Positions 48,046 through 59,860 of a DNA stretch of 64,000 nt are shown in pieces. Below the pieces are notes generated by a model. It had not been told where the DNA came from. It was given only the letters and a program-made list of their open reading frames with translations, and ran no database searches. Source of the DNA: Torpedo marmorata. Its lineage: Eukaryota. The stretch is from NCBI GenBank assembly GCA_977017645.1, contig OZ360235.1, positions 90,396,001 to 90,460,000 on the forward strand, written 5' to 3'. The first letter of the stretch is position 1. Each line of letters starts with the position of its first letter. The translations under genes and the position numbers were made by a program.

Positions 48046-48257
48046 CCCGATCACTCTTCACAACTGTTTCCAAATTCGGTTGCTGGCAGCCCCAAGCAAT
48101 TGACAAGTCAACTTCTTCCAATCACAAGTCTGCTAACTTTCCAGAAATTGACTTTCTCCAGCATCCGTGCACAATTCTCTCTCTATAACTAGGACATACC
48201 TCTCAACCATAGCCATACCAAAACACAAGAATGTCTTTCAACGACCACTGCAATCTT

Positions 48258-50531
48258 TTATATTCTTTTTAAAATATGTTTATTGATTTTAATAAAGAGC
48301 TTATAATACTAATACAATACAATGAAATTATATGGATGGATACACATAATTAATAAAACAATCAGCATATCAAAAACAAACGTAAATTGTAAAACATATC
48401 CATAATTCGTAGTCCAAATAATTTTTTTTTTTTAAAAGAAAACTAATAATAGAAAAAAAGAGGAAATTAAAAATAGAAAAAAAAAGATAAAAGAAAAAAA
48501 AAGGAAAATAACAAAAAAGGAGAGACAAAACATAAAGAAAAAACTCAATACCCCTCCCTAACAGCGTTGCCAGATGCTATATATGATTAACATTAAAAGA
48601 ATAATAAAGGGAGAAAAAAAATGTGAAAAAGAACATGGAAAAAACACTAGTCAGACAATTCAATTACATTGAAGTGAAAGTCTAAAATAAGAAAGTGAGT
48701 CATAAATGACCCCCACAGCGTCTGAAATCTTATATCTGAATTATTAGCTGAATAATGAATCTTTTCCATATTCAAACAAGACATGATGTCACGCAACCAT
48801 TAATCAAGCAGGCGCAAAACATCACTGCCACGAATATGTGACTCCTGTAAAAATATAATCACAGCTTTAAATTGTTTTAAATGTGAAGCCACTTTCCTTC
48901 ATTTTACTGGATGATTTAGGCCTTTCACATTCCAACTGAGGAACTTAATAGGATTAGCCCTGATCACTCAGTTATAAAAAGTAAATACTAACAGTTATAC
49001 TAATTTCAAAAATTCCAGTGCGGAGGTGCAGAGCCGAGTTCGTGCAGCATGCACAACAACCTCTGGCCTGAAGATGGCCCTGTTAAACCATAAAGTACAA
49101 CTCCAAAAGCTGGAACCTAAAAAACCATAACAATGAACCACCATGGCAATGCAAAACACCCATGAACCCACCCCCGGTCTTCTCAATCCCGCCCCCTAAG
49201 GCTGTCGAATAGACCAACAGCGCGCTAATTAATTCTGGAAACCCACTATCTTCCAGTGAGATTAGATGTTCCTGCTCAAAAGCAAAATAATAAACATTAC
49301 CCCTGCAGCTGTTCATACCAGACCAAAAGAAGTCAACATGTTTAGACTAAATCACAGTACACATCAAAAAAAGATTGAAGACTTCTCATAAAGTTTTTAA
49401 CAAATGTGTTACAGGACAAAATTTTTTTAGATCCCATTTTGATAGAAAAGTCTTAACCGTAAATACAATCAAAGTGTGTTGAATTCTTTCCCTTCAACCA
49501 CTTCAAATTAAATCAACTCGCAATAACAATGCTTTCCCTGTGAAAGCCTTCCAAAACAACCATTCAACAGAAAAAGGAAAAAGAAAATGTCATTTAAGAC
49601 TTGGAGCAGGAAGGTTGCGAGTGTACTCCCAAGCGTCATCCACCGTACGAAACCATTTCTTGTTCCCGCTGGGAAGAGAAATGCGATGACGAGCTGGGAA
49701 CAGCAATGAAGGCTTACTCCCACGCTTGAATAGCTCCGACATAACTTCCCTGTAGATGGTCCACTGCTTCATAACGTCGGGAGAGTAATCTTCCACTATT
49801 CTAAATTGTTTGCCGTGATATTGCAGTGTACCTTTACGACGGGCTTCACGGATCAGCAGTTCCTTTGTTTGATAGCAGTGTAGGTGTATAACCACCGAAT
49901 GTGGTTTTTTCCCTGATTTAGGCTTAGGCAATAGTGAACGATGCGCTCTATCAAGCTCCGGTGGTGTCGGAAGCATCTCTTCCCCAAACACCGTTACCAG
50001 CAAGTCCGAGAAAAATTTAGTAAGCGTGCCAGTTTCAGTATCTTCAGCCAAGCCCACGATACGCAGGTTCTGACGTCTACTTCGACTTTCCAAATCGATA
50101 ATTCTCGCCGTTAACTTTTTGTTTTCCAGGTGACAGACCCGGTCGCACAAATCCTTTAAAGTAGATTCTGCCGAGGTCAAACGCTCACCTTGTTCTTCTG
50201 TAAAATGACAGATCTGTGCAAGTTGATTTTCCAATGCCAAAAACCTAGCATTTAGAACTTTAAATTCTGCAGCGATAAATACTTTGACTTGCTCAAGCTC
50301 AGTAGTCGGGATTGCCAGTGGATTAGTCTGAGTTTCTTGTTTCTTTCCAATTTTTCCGTTTTTCTGACCTTGCCACTTCTTGTATCCATTTCAACTTAGA
50401 TAAGAGCACAAAATATGAAATTCGACACCTCTTTGAAAGTTTTAAAAAGGTAAACAGGGGAAAAAGGAATACTGAAAGTACAGAGCTGATATAGAGATGA
50501 CTAATCCATATCACGCCCAACCGGAAGTCCC
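48258..50531 (-). mobile_element. Second L1 family with both ends and ORF2 reduced to ~100 codons (HAL1-like #2)
   Basis: 10-bp TSD CTGCAATCTT (48248-48257, 50532-50541); ORF1 (LESRSRRQNLRIVGL, PELDRAHRS); ORF2 start FLSWNVKGLNHPVK..FLQESH fused in frame at ~48810 to the C-terminus WLRDIMSCLNMEKI..FQTLWGSF. Confidence 0.92.
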
Positions 50532-50559
50532 CTGCAATCTTAAACACAGTGTGCCACAA

Positions 50560-51070
50560 TAACCGTTTACTTGCTTGTGAATAATCAATCTATTTCTGCT
50601 TCAAAATAATTTAAGACTCTGCTTCCACCATCAAGAGAAAACTAAAGTCAATTCTTTGGGAAAAAAGAAATGGCCTCATCTCAATCTTATTTTTAAGGTT
50701 TGCTGATAGTTTCAGGTTCTCACACACGAGGAAACCCTTTCAAAGCCATTTGTTTCAATCAAGCCACCATTCACTCTTCTAAACTCCAATAAATACAAGC
50801 CTTATCTGACCAACCTTTCCTCAGAGGACGACCCAGCCTTTCTGGGTATTTGTGCCTTAACCTCCTCCAAACTTTATCTAACACATTAACATCCTTGTTT
50901 AAATAAAGAAGCCACATCTGGCGTACACAGCAAAACAATAACATTCCGATAGCTGTTCCAATTGTTATTGTGTGTGTGCCAACCAACCTCTCGCGAATCA
51001 TGGACTTGGACACCTGATCCCTTTGCAGCTCAGAACTCTGCAATCTCTTACCATTTAGATAATTCACTTC
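50560..51070 (-). mobile_element. Degraded CR1 fragment
   Basis: YLNGKRLQSSELQRD..; KDVNVLDKVWRR; minus-strand TATTTATTGGAGTTTAGAAGAGTG. Confidence 0.65.
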
Positions 51071-52779
51071 ATATTATGTTGGTTAACGAGGTGACTCCTT
51101 TCAAATCCACACCAAGTATTTGGAATCTCCATTTTTCTACCTTTTGTTTTGGCTGCACCCTGCCACAGCATTTGTACGCCACGAATCACAGTCTCAACTG
51201 AGCTCGTCATTGACAGTGGTAGTTTGGAGCCCAAATATGAAGGATGGACATTCTGACTGCATTTTGTGAACTTGAAAGGAGACTGTTTGTTCACCAACAC
51301 AAAAAGATGCATGCCATCCATGAAGTGAGAGTGCCGAGCTTGGAGGTGCACAGGGATCTGGGTGTCCGAGTGTCTCAACTGCTCCGTTGCCTCTGACTTG
51401 CCCGATGTGTCGGCCTTTTGCAAAGTCTGATAACATTGCCTGTAGTCTGTGCCAAAAATATGTTCCCACCCAATCAGTTGATGGTTTAATCACATCTTTG
51501 GCTGGGCCATAATATCAGCACCTCGTTCTAACTTGTACAAAGACACGAGTCATCCAACTTTTTGCCATTGTTTCTCTCCACATTTCATCAGATCCAAAAA
51601 TTCTCTTCTGAATTTTTGTCAAACCAACTTTTCGGAAGTTCCTCTGTCTAGGTCCAGCCATTAGCTATTTTTTTTAAACATAGCACAGAACTTTATCTCT
51701 TCCAGTAGTTCGTTATTTGAGACTGAAATAAAATTAAAAACAACAGCTGAAAAATTTATTGAAATCTTGGGTTTTAATTCCCTTTCAGAAAGGTAATCAA
51801 CATGACCAAGTTTTCATTCAAAATCAAAAAACAAGTACCAGTTGTATAAAGTCAAAAATTCGAATTGTTTTGCAATGACTTCTTTTACTTTTGTTCAGAA
51901 CGATTCCAAGCCGTAGTAATACTTTCAAACTGTTTCTTTCCTCTTCAAAGGCCTCTGACATGATTGACTGCCTAAATTAGCACATTTCTTACACAGACCA
52001 CCAATCAGTTTCCCGTCATGTTGCAGTGTCAAAGTGATTGTCGTTGGGTCACTAATGGGTTCCTTTGTGCTAGTGATATTGACAGTGTCTCTCCTTATCC
52101 TTCGGTTCTTGTCTACAGCTTTCGGTGCATTGCATCATTCTTCTCCATTACTGTCCATTTAGAAGTGGCCTGTTTGCCCTGCTGTAATCTTATCCATCCA
52201 GGGATTTCTGGAGAGTACCTTTCCTCTTCTGAACTTCTCCCTCAGGTGAGTGCCCGCCAAGGATCACTCCTTGACGCACCCTCCTCTTTCTAATCTTTAT
52301 GTTGGATCTTGACAACCTCATCTGATAACAGAGTATGGGTCCCACACACAAAGCAACGCAAACCTTGGCTACACTTCATTTAATCTTTCTGGAGTCTGTG
52401 AGCAGTTGGACTGCTTATCCAACACAAATTCTGAATGAGAGAGCGAGAGTGATTCCTTCACCTTGGTTTCCCAAGCATAAAGCAAGAGTAGCGCTCAATC
52501 TCCATAAAAGAGGTCAATCCACAAATGGAGTAAAAGAGTCTTAGATAAGACATAGATTTAATAAAAGTATATGCTTCTGGGTGTGAGGGAGGGAAGGATT
52601 ACATTATTGGGGAGTAGGTTTACATGGGTCAGGACAACATCATGGGCTAAAAGGCCTGCACTGTGCTGTAATGCTTTATGTATTAATGCATCCAATTCTG
52701 GTTCTGTAACTTCAGGGAAATAAAGTCCAAGAGAGGGTGCAGGAGAGATACTGTGATGTCAGGCGTGAGGTATCTTACT

Positions 52780-54247
52780 GAATCAGAATTTATTGTCATG
52801 AACAAGTCATGAAATTCGGTGTTTTACGGCAGCATCATAGTGCAAACATTCATATTATAACCATCTTACGACATTACTATAAAAAAATATATAAATAATA
52901 GTGCACGAAAAGTAAGGCAGTGTCTTTGGTTCATTGATTATTCAGGAATCTGATGGCAGCGGGGAAGAAGCTGTCCTTGTGCTGTTGAGTGCTCGTCTTT
53001 AGGCTCCTGTACCTTTTTCCCGATGGTAGCAGAATGAAGAGGGCATGGCCTGGGTGGTGGGGGTCTTTGAGGATAGAGGCTGTTTTTTTAAGACACCGCC
53101 TCATGTAGATGTCCTTAATGGACTGAACTCTGGTGCCTGTGATGTCACAGGCCGAGTTAACAACCCTCTGGAGTTTATTCTTGTCCTGAGAGTTGGCGCC
53201 TCCATACCAGGCAGTGATGCAACCAGCCAGAATGCTCTCCACGGTACACCTGTAGAAATTTACGAGAGTCTTCGGTGACATACCGAATCTCCGCAGACAC
53301 CTCACAAAGTATAGCCGCTGGCGAGCGTTCTTTGTGATTGCATCAACGTGGAGGCTCCAGGACAGATCCTCGGAGATGTTGACACCCAGGAATTTGAAGT
53401 TCTTGACTCTCTCCACTACTGAGCCCTCGATGAGGACTGGGTCATGTTCCCCTGACTTCCTCCTGAATTCCACAATCATCTCCTTGGTTTTGCTGACATT
53501 GAGCGCAAGGTTGTTGTCATTACACCATTCAACAAGCTGATCTATCTCCCTCCTGTATGCTTCCTCATTGCCGTTTGTGATTCTGCTGACAACTGTGGTG
53601 TTATCGGCAAACTTGTAGATGGCATTGGAATTGTGCCTGGCCACACAGTCATGGGTGTATAACGCGTAGAGCAGTGGGCTAAGCACGCATCCTGGGGTGC
53701 GCCTGTGTTGATAATCAGTGAGGAGGAGACATTGTTTCCAATTCATACTGACTGTGGTCTACCAATGAGAAAGCCAAGGATCCAGTTCCAGAGTGGGGTA
53801 CAGAGGCCTAGAGTTTGTAACTTCTTGACCAGCACTGAGGGAATAATGGTATTGAAGGCCGAGCTGTAGTCAATGAAGAGCAGCCGTATGTATGAATTGC
53901 TGTTTTTGAGGTGATCCAGAGCTGAGTGGAGAGCCAGCGATATTGCATCTGCTGTGGAGCGATTGTGACTATAGGCAAGTTGCAGTGGGTCCAGATCTTT
54001 GCTTAGGCACGTGTTAATTCTGGCCATGACCAGCCTCTCAAAGCATTTCATCACAGTAGAAGTTAGTGCTACTGGGCGGTAGTCGTTGAGGCAGCTCACA
54101 CTACTCTTCTTGGGTACTGGGATGATTGATGCCCTTTTGAAGCATGTGGGAACCTCTGACTGCCGCAATGAGAGGTTGAAAATGTCCATGAACACTCCGG
54201 CTAGTTGGTTGGCGCAGATTTTCAGTACCCTGCCAGGTATGCCGTCA
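52780..54247 (-). mobile_element. Rex1/Babar LINE, 5'-truncated, most of RT present with few lesions
   Basis: [58 protein letters not shown] (FADDTT in the 17085 copy); (GAATCA)n tail. Confidence 0.95.
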
Positions 54248-54499
54248 GTGCTGTAGAGATATGGGAAAACAGGGTTTGGTACCAAAAACTGGCTATGTGG
54301 AAAAATCCATGCTGCAAGCCTACAAAGGCAAGGACAACGTGATGGACCATATGGCCTCACCAGTACAATAAATACGCTGTGATCCTGTCCATTGGTAATA
54401 TTTTCTTATGCAGTCAAATTTTACGTGATAATGCTGTCAAAGATTGTTTCACACTGTGGCAGAAAGTTTCGTAAAGAAAACATCTGCCTTCTCACTCTG

Positions 54500-55030
54500 T
54501 GAGCTGATTCACAAACTGGATACCTTTGGTCATAGTTACCACCTCTTTGCTGTACATTCAAGAGGAAGCGGGTCGCTGAGACATTTCGCCTGCAAAGTGA
54601 ACCAAAGGTTGAGAAGATTATGGCAGGTTTAAACAGGGGAAATGAAGAGAAGCAGTTGCCCACTGGGATGGTTCAGGAACCAGAGGGTACAGTGTGGAGG
54701 TGTTGGGTAAAAGGCAGAGCAAGGAATGTAAAGAGAAACAGTTTTCCTGTTGAGTGTTGCAATGACCTGGATCTCTGGAAGAGGGATGGAAATAGAATCA
54801 CGCAAGGATTTCTGAAAGGAATTATGCACTGACCAACCATGCTGATTTGTGTTCTCGTTAATATTGCTGACAACAGTGGACCAAGCACTGACCCCTGTGG
54901 CACACCACTGGTCACAGTGCATCCAATTTGTAGAACATCCACAGCCACCCTCTGACTCCTACCACGGAGCCAGAGGAAGCTATGGAACGGATACAATTAC
55001 ACCATTCAAAGGACATTTGGACAGACGTAT
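54500..55030. mobile_element. Rearranged CR1 fragments in both orientations
   Basis: Minus-strand VTSGVPQGSVLGPLL at ~54870-54915; plus-strand CR1 3' coding remnants on either side. Confidence 0.55.
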
Positions 55031-55035
55031 GGATT

Positions 55036-55745
55036 TCAACAAGAAAATCTGCAGACGCTGGGGTCGAGTGCAATACACAAACATGCTGGAGAAACTCAGA
55101 AGGTCATGCAGCATCCATAGGAAGTAAAGTATAGCCAACGTTTTGGGCCTGGGCCCTTTGTCATGGTAGGAGCAAAAACAGGAAGGCACCTGAATAAAAA
55201 GGTGGGGGGAGGGAGGGGTAAATTCCAGAGTTGGAGCAAGTGAATTTGAGGTTGGGGTGAAAGTCAGCTGCAAAGTGGACAAAGTTGATGAGCTCATCAT
55301 GGGTGCAGGAGGCAGCACCAATGTAATCGTCGATGTAGCGGAAGGAGAATTGAGGAGTCTTGCCTGCATAGGCTTGTAGCATGGATTGTTCCACATAGCT
55401 AACAAAAAGGTAGGCATAGCTGGGACCCATGCGGGTACCCATGGCTTCCCCTTTGATTTGGAGAAAGTGGGATGAGTCAAAGAAGATGTTATTGAGGGTG
55501 AGAACATGAGAACAAGTTCTGGCAGGCAGAGGAGGATGGTGGTAGTGAAGGACTCGTTGGGTCTGGTATTGAGAAAGAAACCAAGGGATTTGAGACCTTC
55601 AGTATGGGGGATGGAGGTTACAGAGATTACATGAACAGAGTGAAAATGAGGGGGTAGAGCCCAGGGAACTGGAAGTTATTGAAGTGATGGAGGACATGTG
55701 AGGTATTGCGGATGTTGATGGGAAGGGACTGGACCAGTGGGTGCA
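55036..55745 (-). mobile_element. Penelope-like element: RT core joined by deletion to the terminal repeat
   Basis: MGTRMGPSYAYLF..FRYIDDYIG..FHPNLKFT (Penelope RT); terminal repeat with a degenerate hammerhead at ~55135-55170. Confidence 0.9.
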
Positions 55746-56607
55746 TAATTGAGTCTTAAAATCCAGAGATGGACAGATGTATGGACAGAAAGGGCTGAGA
55801 AGGATATGGACCAAATGCAGGAAAATAGGACTGGCCGAGAATGTCAATTTGGTCGGCATGGATGAGTTGGGCCATAAGTTTGGTTCTGTGCTGAGTGACT
55901 CAATGACCTTATCACAGGAACATACGACCAAGTATCATGTAGTTATAATCCCTTCCATGATTGGCTAACATTGGCTCCCAGTCTGGCAACATCCTTTCTT
56001 TTCAAATCCCTCCATTGACTAGTGCTGCATAATAATCCTTTCCAACCATTCAATTCCTGTGTTCCTTCAATTCTGGCTTCTTGTTCATCTCCAGTTTCAG
56101 CTCCTTCCTCAATCTAGCCCCTTAATAAAGCATTTGTTCAACAACCATAACATCCCCTATTGTGGTTAGAGTTGAATTTTGTCTCCTTACATCCTGTAAA
56201 ACATCGAAGGACAGTTCACAATGTTAAAGGCCTGAAATGGTTGGCAGTTGTTGCTGATGTTGACAGGGCTTACTGGAAAACAACCCACGTATTGAATGTT
56301 TTCGTTCCTCGGGTTTCATGCATTAAAATTGAAGTACTGATAGTTTCAGAAAGGAGTACATCCTTCATTTCAGATTCAAAGGAATTATTTTTTTCTCCAT
56401 GTGAATACAATCAAGGGTCATTAAAAGATTTCCTGAACCTTTTGTACACATGCTTGAGTACTATGTCATGAAAAGACAAACATATCAGGCAAGTGGCAAA
56501 AAAATAAGGTAGTGTCTGGCCAAAGAATATTTTGTACAAGATGTATTGATCTTCTGAAGCATCAACATTTCAATTCAGCATCAGCAGCATGCCAGATTAT
56601 CTTTTCC

Positions 56608-57225
56608 AAAAATAAACTTCATTCACAATAAAAGTACACACAAAGGAAAACAGTGCAAAATCTTTTCACAATCTGAATATCATATTCCCATCTACATTTT
56701 GTTACCGAACATTGTGGTATTAACCATTATTTTTGCGGCATAGTATCCCCAGGGGACCACTAATGTGGTCCCCTGGGGATACTACCCATTCCATTGTTTG
56801 AGAGCAGCTCCTCAAAGCCTGGTAGCGGAAGGACCCCCAATTATGGTCCTTCCGCACAAAGCCCTCAAGTTGATTGCGCCAAGCTTCAGTGCATCCCTCA
56901 GCATGTACTCCTGCAGCCTGGAATGTGCCAGTCAGCAGCATTCCTGCACTGAAAGACCAACAAGTTCCAGGCAGACCAAAGGGGGTCTTTCACTGAGTTG
57001 GTAATCTCCCAGCAGCCCTGGATGTCTGTCTCAGCGTGTGTTCCTGGAAACAGCCCATAAATCAGAGTCCATTATCACACTGCTGCTGGGGATGAACCGT
57101 GATGAGGAGCCTTGCATCCTTCTCCACACACACCAAGCAAATCCAGTCTGTAAAGAGGCAGGAGACTGTTTCCAGTCCACTCCAATCATCTCAGGGAGAA
57201 CGTGCATTGTGGGTGATTTTCCGGT
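56608..57225 (-). mobile_element. Tx1/L1-clade LINE 3' end
   Basis: Minus-strand TDIQGCWEITNSVKDPLWSAWNLLVFQ..LAHSRLQEYMLRDALKLG, and a 3' UTR ending AATGAAGTTTATTTTTGGAAAA. Confidence 0.7.
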
Positions 57226-57229
57226 CGTA

Positions 57230-59860
57230 CCATAGAACAATACAGTGCAGAAACAGGTCCTTCTGCCCTTCTAGTCTGTGCCGCACTATTATCATGCCTG
57301 GTCCCACTGACCTGCATCAGTCCATAACCCTCCATACCCGTCCCATCCATGTATCTGTCCAAATTTTTCTTAAATGTTAAAATTGAGCCCGCATTCACCA
57401 GTTCAGCTTGCAACTTGTCCACACTTCCACCACTCTCTGTGTGAAGAAATACTTCCAATGTTCACCCTAAACTTCTCGTCTTTCACCCTTAACATCTCCT
57501 CTGGTTTGTATCCTAACCTCAGTGGAAAAAGCCTGCTTGCATTCACTCTGTCTATCCCCCTCATAATTTTGTACACTGCTATCAAATCTCCCCTCATTCT
57601 TCTACGCTCCAGGGAATAAAGTCCTAACCTGTTTAACCTTTCCCTGTAACTCAGTTCCTCAAATCTCAGCAACATCCTAGTAAATCTTCTCTGCACTTTT
57701 TCAATCTTATTGATAATTTCCTGGAGTACTGCACACAATGCTACAAATTTGGCCTCGCCAATATCTTACACAACTTTACCATAACATCCCAACTTCCATA
57801 CTCAGTACTTTGATTTATGAAGGCCAGTGTGCCAAAAGTTCTCTTTACCACCCTATCTACCTGTGACGCCACTGTCAGAGAATTATGTATCTGTATTCCC
57901 AGATCCTTCTGTTCTACTGCACTTCTCAGTGCCCTACCATTTACCGTGCATGTCCTACCTTGGTTTGTCCTTCTGAAATGCAACACCTCACACTTGTCTG
58001 CATTAAATTCCATCTGCTATTTTGTAGCCCATTTTTCCATCTGGTCCAGATCCCACTGCAAGCTTTGAAAACTTCTTTGCTATCGACAACACCTCCAATC
58101 TTTGTGTCATCTGCAAACTTGCTGATCCAATTTACCACATTATCATCCAGATCATTGATATAGATGACAAACAACAATGGACCCAGCACTGATCCCTGAA
58201 GCACACCACTAGTCACAGTCAGAGAGGCAATCATCCACTACCACTCTCTGGCTTCTCCCGTATAGCCAATGTCAAATCAGTTTATACATCACCAAGAATA
58301 CTGAGTGACTGAACATTCCTGACTAACTGCCCATGTGGGACATTGTCAAAGGCCTTACTAAAGTCCATGTAGGCAACATCCACAGCATTTCCTTCATCAA
58401 CCTTCCTGGTACCCTCCTCGAAAAACTCTATTAGATTTGTTAAACATGACCAAAGCCATGTTGACTATACCTAGTCAGTCCCTGACTATAGACGACACTT
58501 GCTTCTTCTTGTCTCCTAATTTCAAATATCATCTTCCAATGGGTGAGCTATGATATTCCGAATTATTATCCCTTTAATCCAATAAATTCAATTCCTTGGT
58601 ATCTACTTTTGTCGTTTTAATTCGTTGATTAAGCTTATAAACATTTTACATAGTTTCGCAATAAAACTTCCATATAGTTGAATAATAAAGCATTTACAGT
58701 ATTTAAGAGATACAAAAACATTTAAAGAGATGGAAAAAATTCAAAGAAAATATGTCTCATGCTCACTCATGGTTCACATCTCGTCAAATGCTTGCAAAAG
58801 CTCTCGCCTGGTCGGATATTACAACATATTACATCATAATCACTATAGTAACACTACAAACAATAGTTCCCTTAAAGAGACAGGCATATAATTAACTAAG
58901 AGTCAAAACACTAGTTTTAACCTTTACACTGACTATCCAAATACTTGTATATCCAATATCTTAGAACACATTCCCATAATTTACCAACTACTGGCGTCAG
59001 GCTCACCAGCCCATAATTTCCTGGGTTATTTCTGGAGTCTTTTGTAAACAACAGCACAACACGAATTACCCTCCAATCCTCCAGCACCTCACCCGTGGCC
59101 AATGACATTTTAAATACATCTACCAGGGCCCCTGCAATTTATACTCTAACCTCCATCAAGGTTACAGGGAATATCTTGTCAGACCCTCGGGATTTATCCA
59201 CCCTCATTCACTTTAAGACAGCAAGCACCTTCTCCTCTTTAATCGGTACAAGTTCCATGACTTCACTGCAGGTTTGTCTCACTTCTCTCGATTCTGTGTC
59301 AGTTTCCTGAGTAAATACAGATGCAAAAATTCCATTTAAGATCTCCCCCATCTCTTCTGGCTCCATACATAACCGACCACTCTGATCTTTAAGAGGACCA
59401 ATTTTGTCCCTTACTATCCTTTTGCTCTTAATATTCCTGTAGAAGCCCTCAGGATTTTACTTCACCTTGTCTGCCAAAGCAACCTCATGTCTTCATTTAG
59501 CCCTCTTGATTTACCTCATGTTTTTTTCCTGCATTTTCTTATACTCATCAAGTACCTCATTATCTCCTTGTTGCCTATACCTGCTATACACCTCTCTCTT
59601 CTTAACCAGATCCCCAATATCCCTTGAAAATCAAGGTTCCTTATACCTGTTAACTTTGCCTTTAATCCTTACAGAAACATACAAACTCTACTCTCAAAAT
59701 TTTGCCTCTGAAGGACTTCCACATATCGAGTACATCCTTGCCATAAAATAACCTATCCCAATGCACGCTTTCTCGATCCTTTCTCATTTCCTCAAAATTG
59801 GCCTTTTTCCAATTTAGAATCTCAACCCGTGGACCAGACCTATCCTTATCCATAATTATC
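57230..59860 (-). mobile_element. CR1/HER1-like LINE (linker, RT, 3' end), interrupted by a solo LTR
   Basis: LNWKKANFEEMR, NYGLVSLTPVVGKL, VTSGVLQGSVLGPLLF, KFADDTKIGG, YRERLNRLGLYSLERRR; tail CCATAGAACAATACAG. Confidence 0.93.
58487..58928. mobile_element. Probable solo LTR (442 bp, 5-bp TSD, BEL/Pao-like)
   Basis: TSD CTGAC (58482-58486, 58929-58933); termini TATA(=TGTA mutated?)...TACA; CR1 continuous across it. Confidence 0.7.

Noticed and set aside
51190-52470. Possible ancient RTE LINE remnants (GVRQG-like and YLGS-like traces)
   Set aside because: Too degraded to set boundaries or family by eye.
58482-58936. 8-bp TSD CTGACTAT suggesting a hAT element
   Set aside because: No TIRs; a 5-bp TSD with T(G>A)TA...TACA LTR ends explains it more simply.
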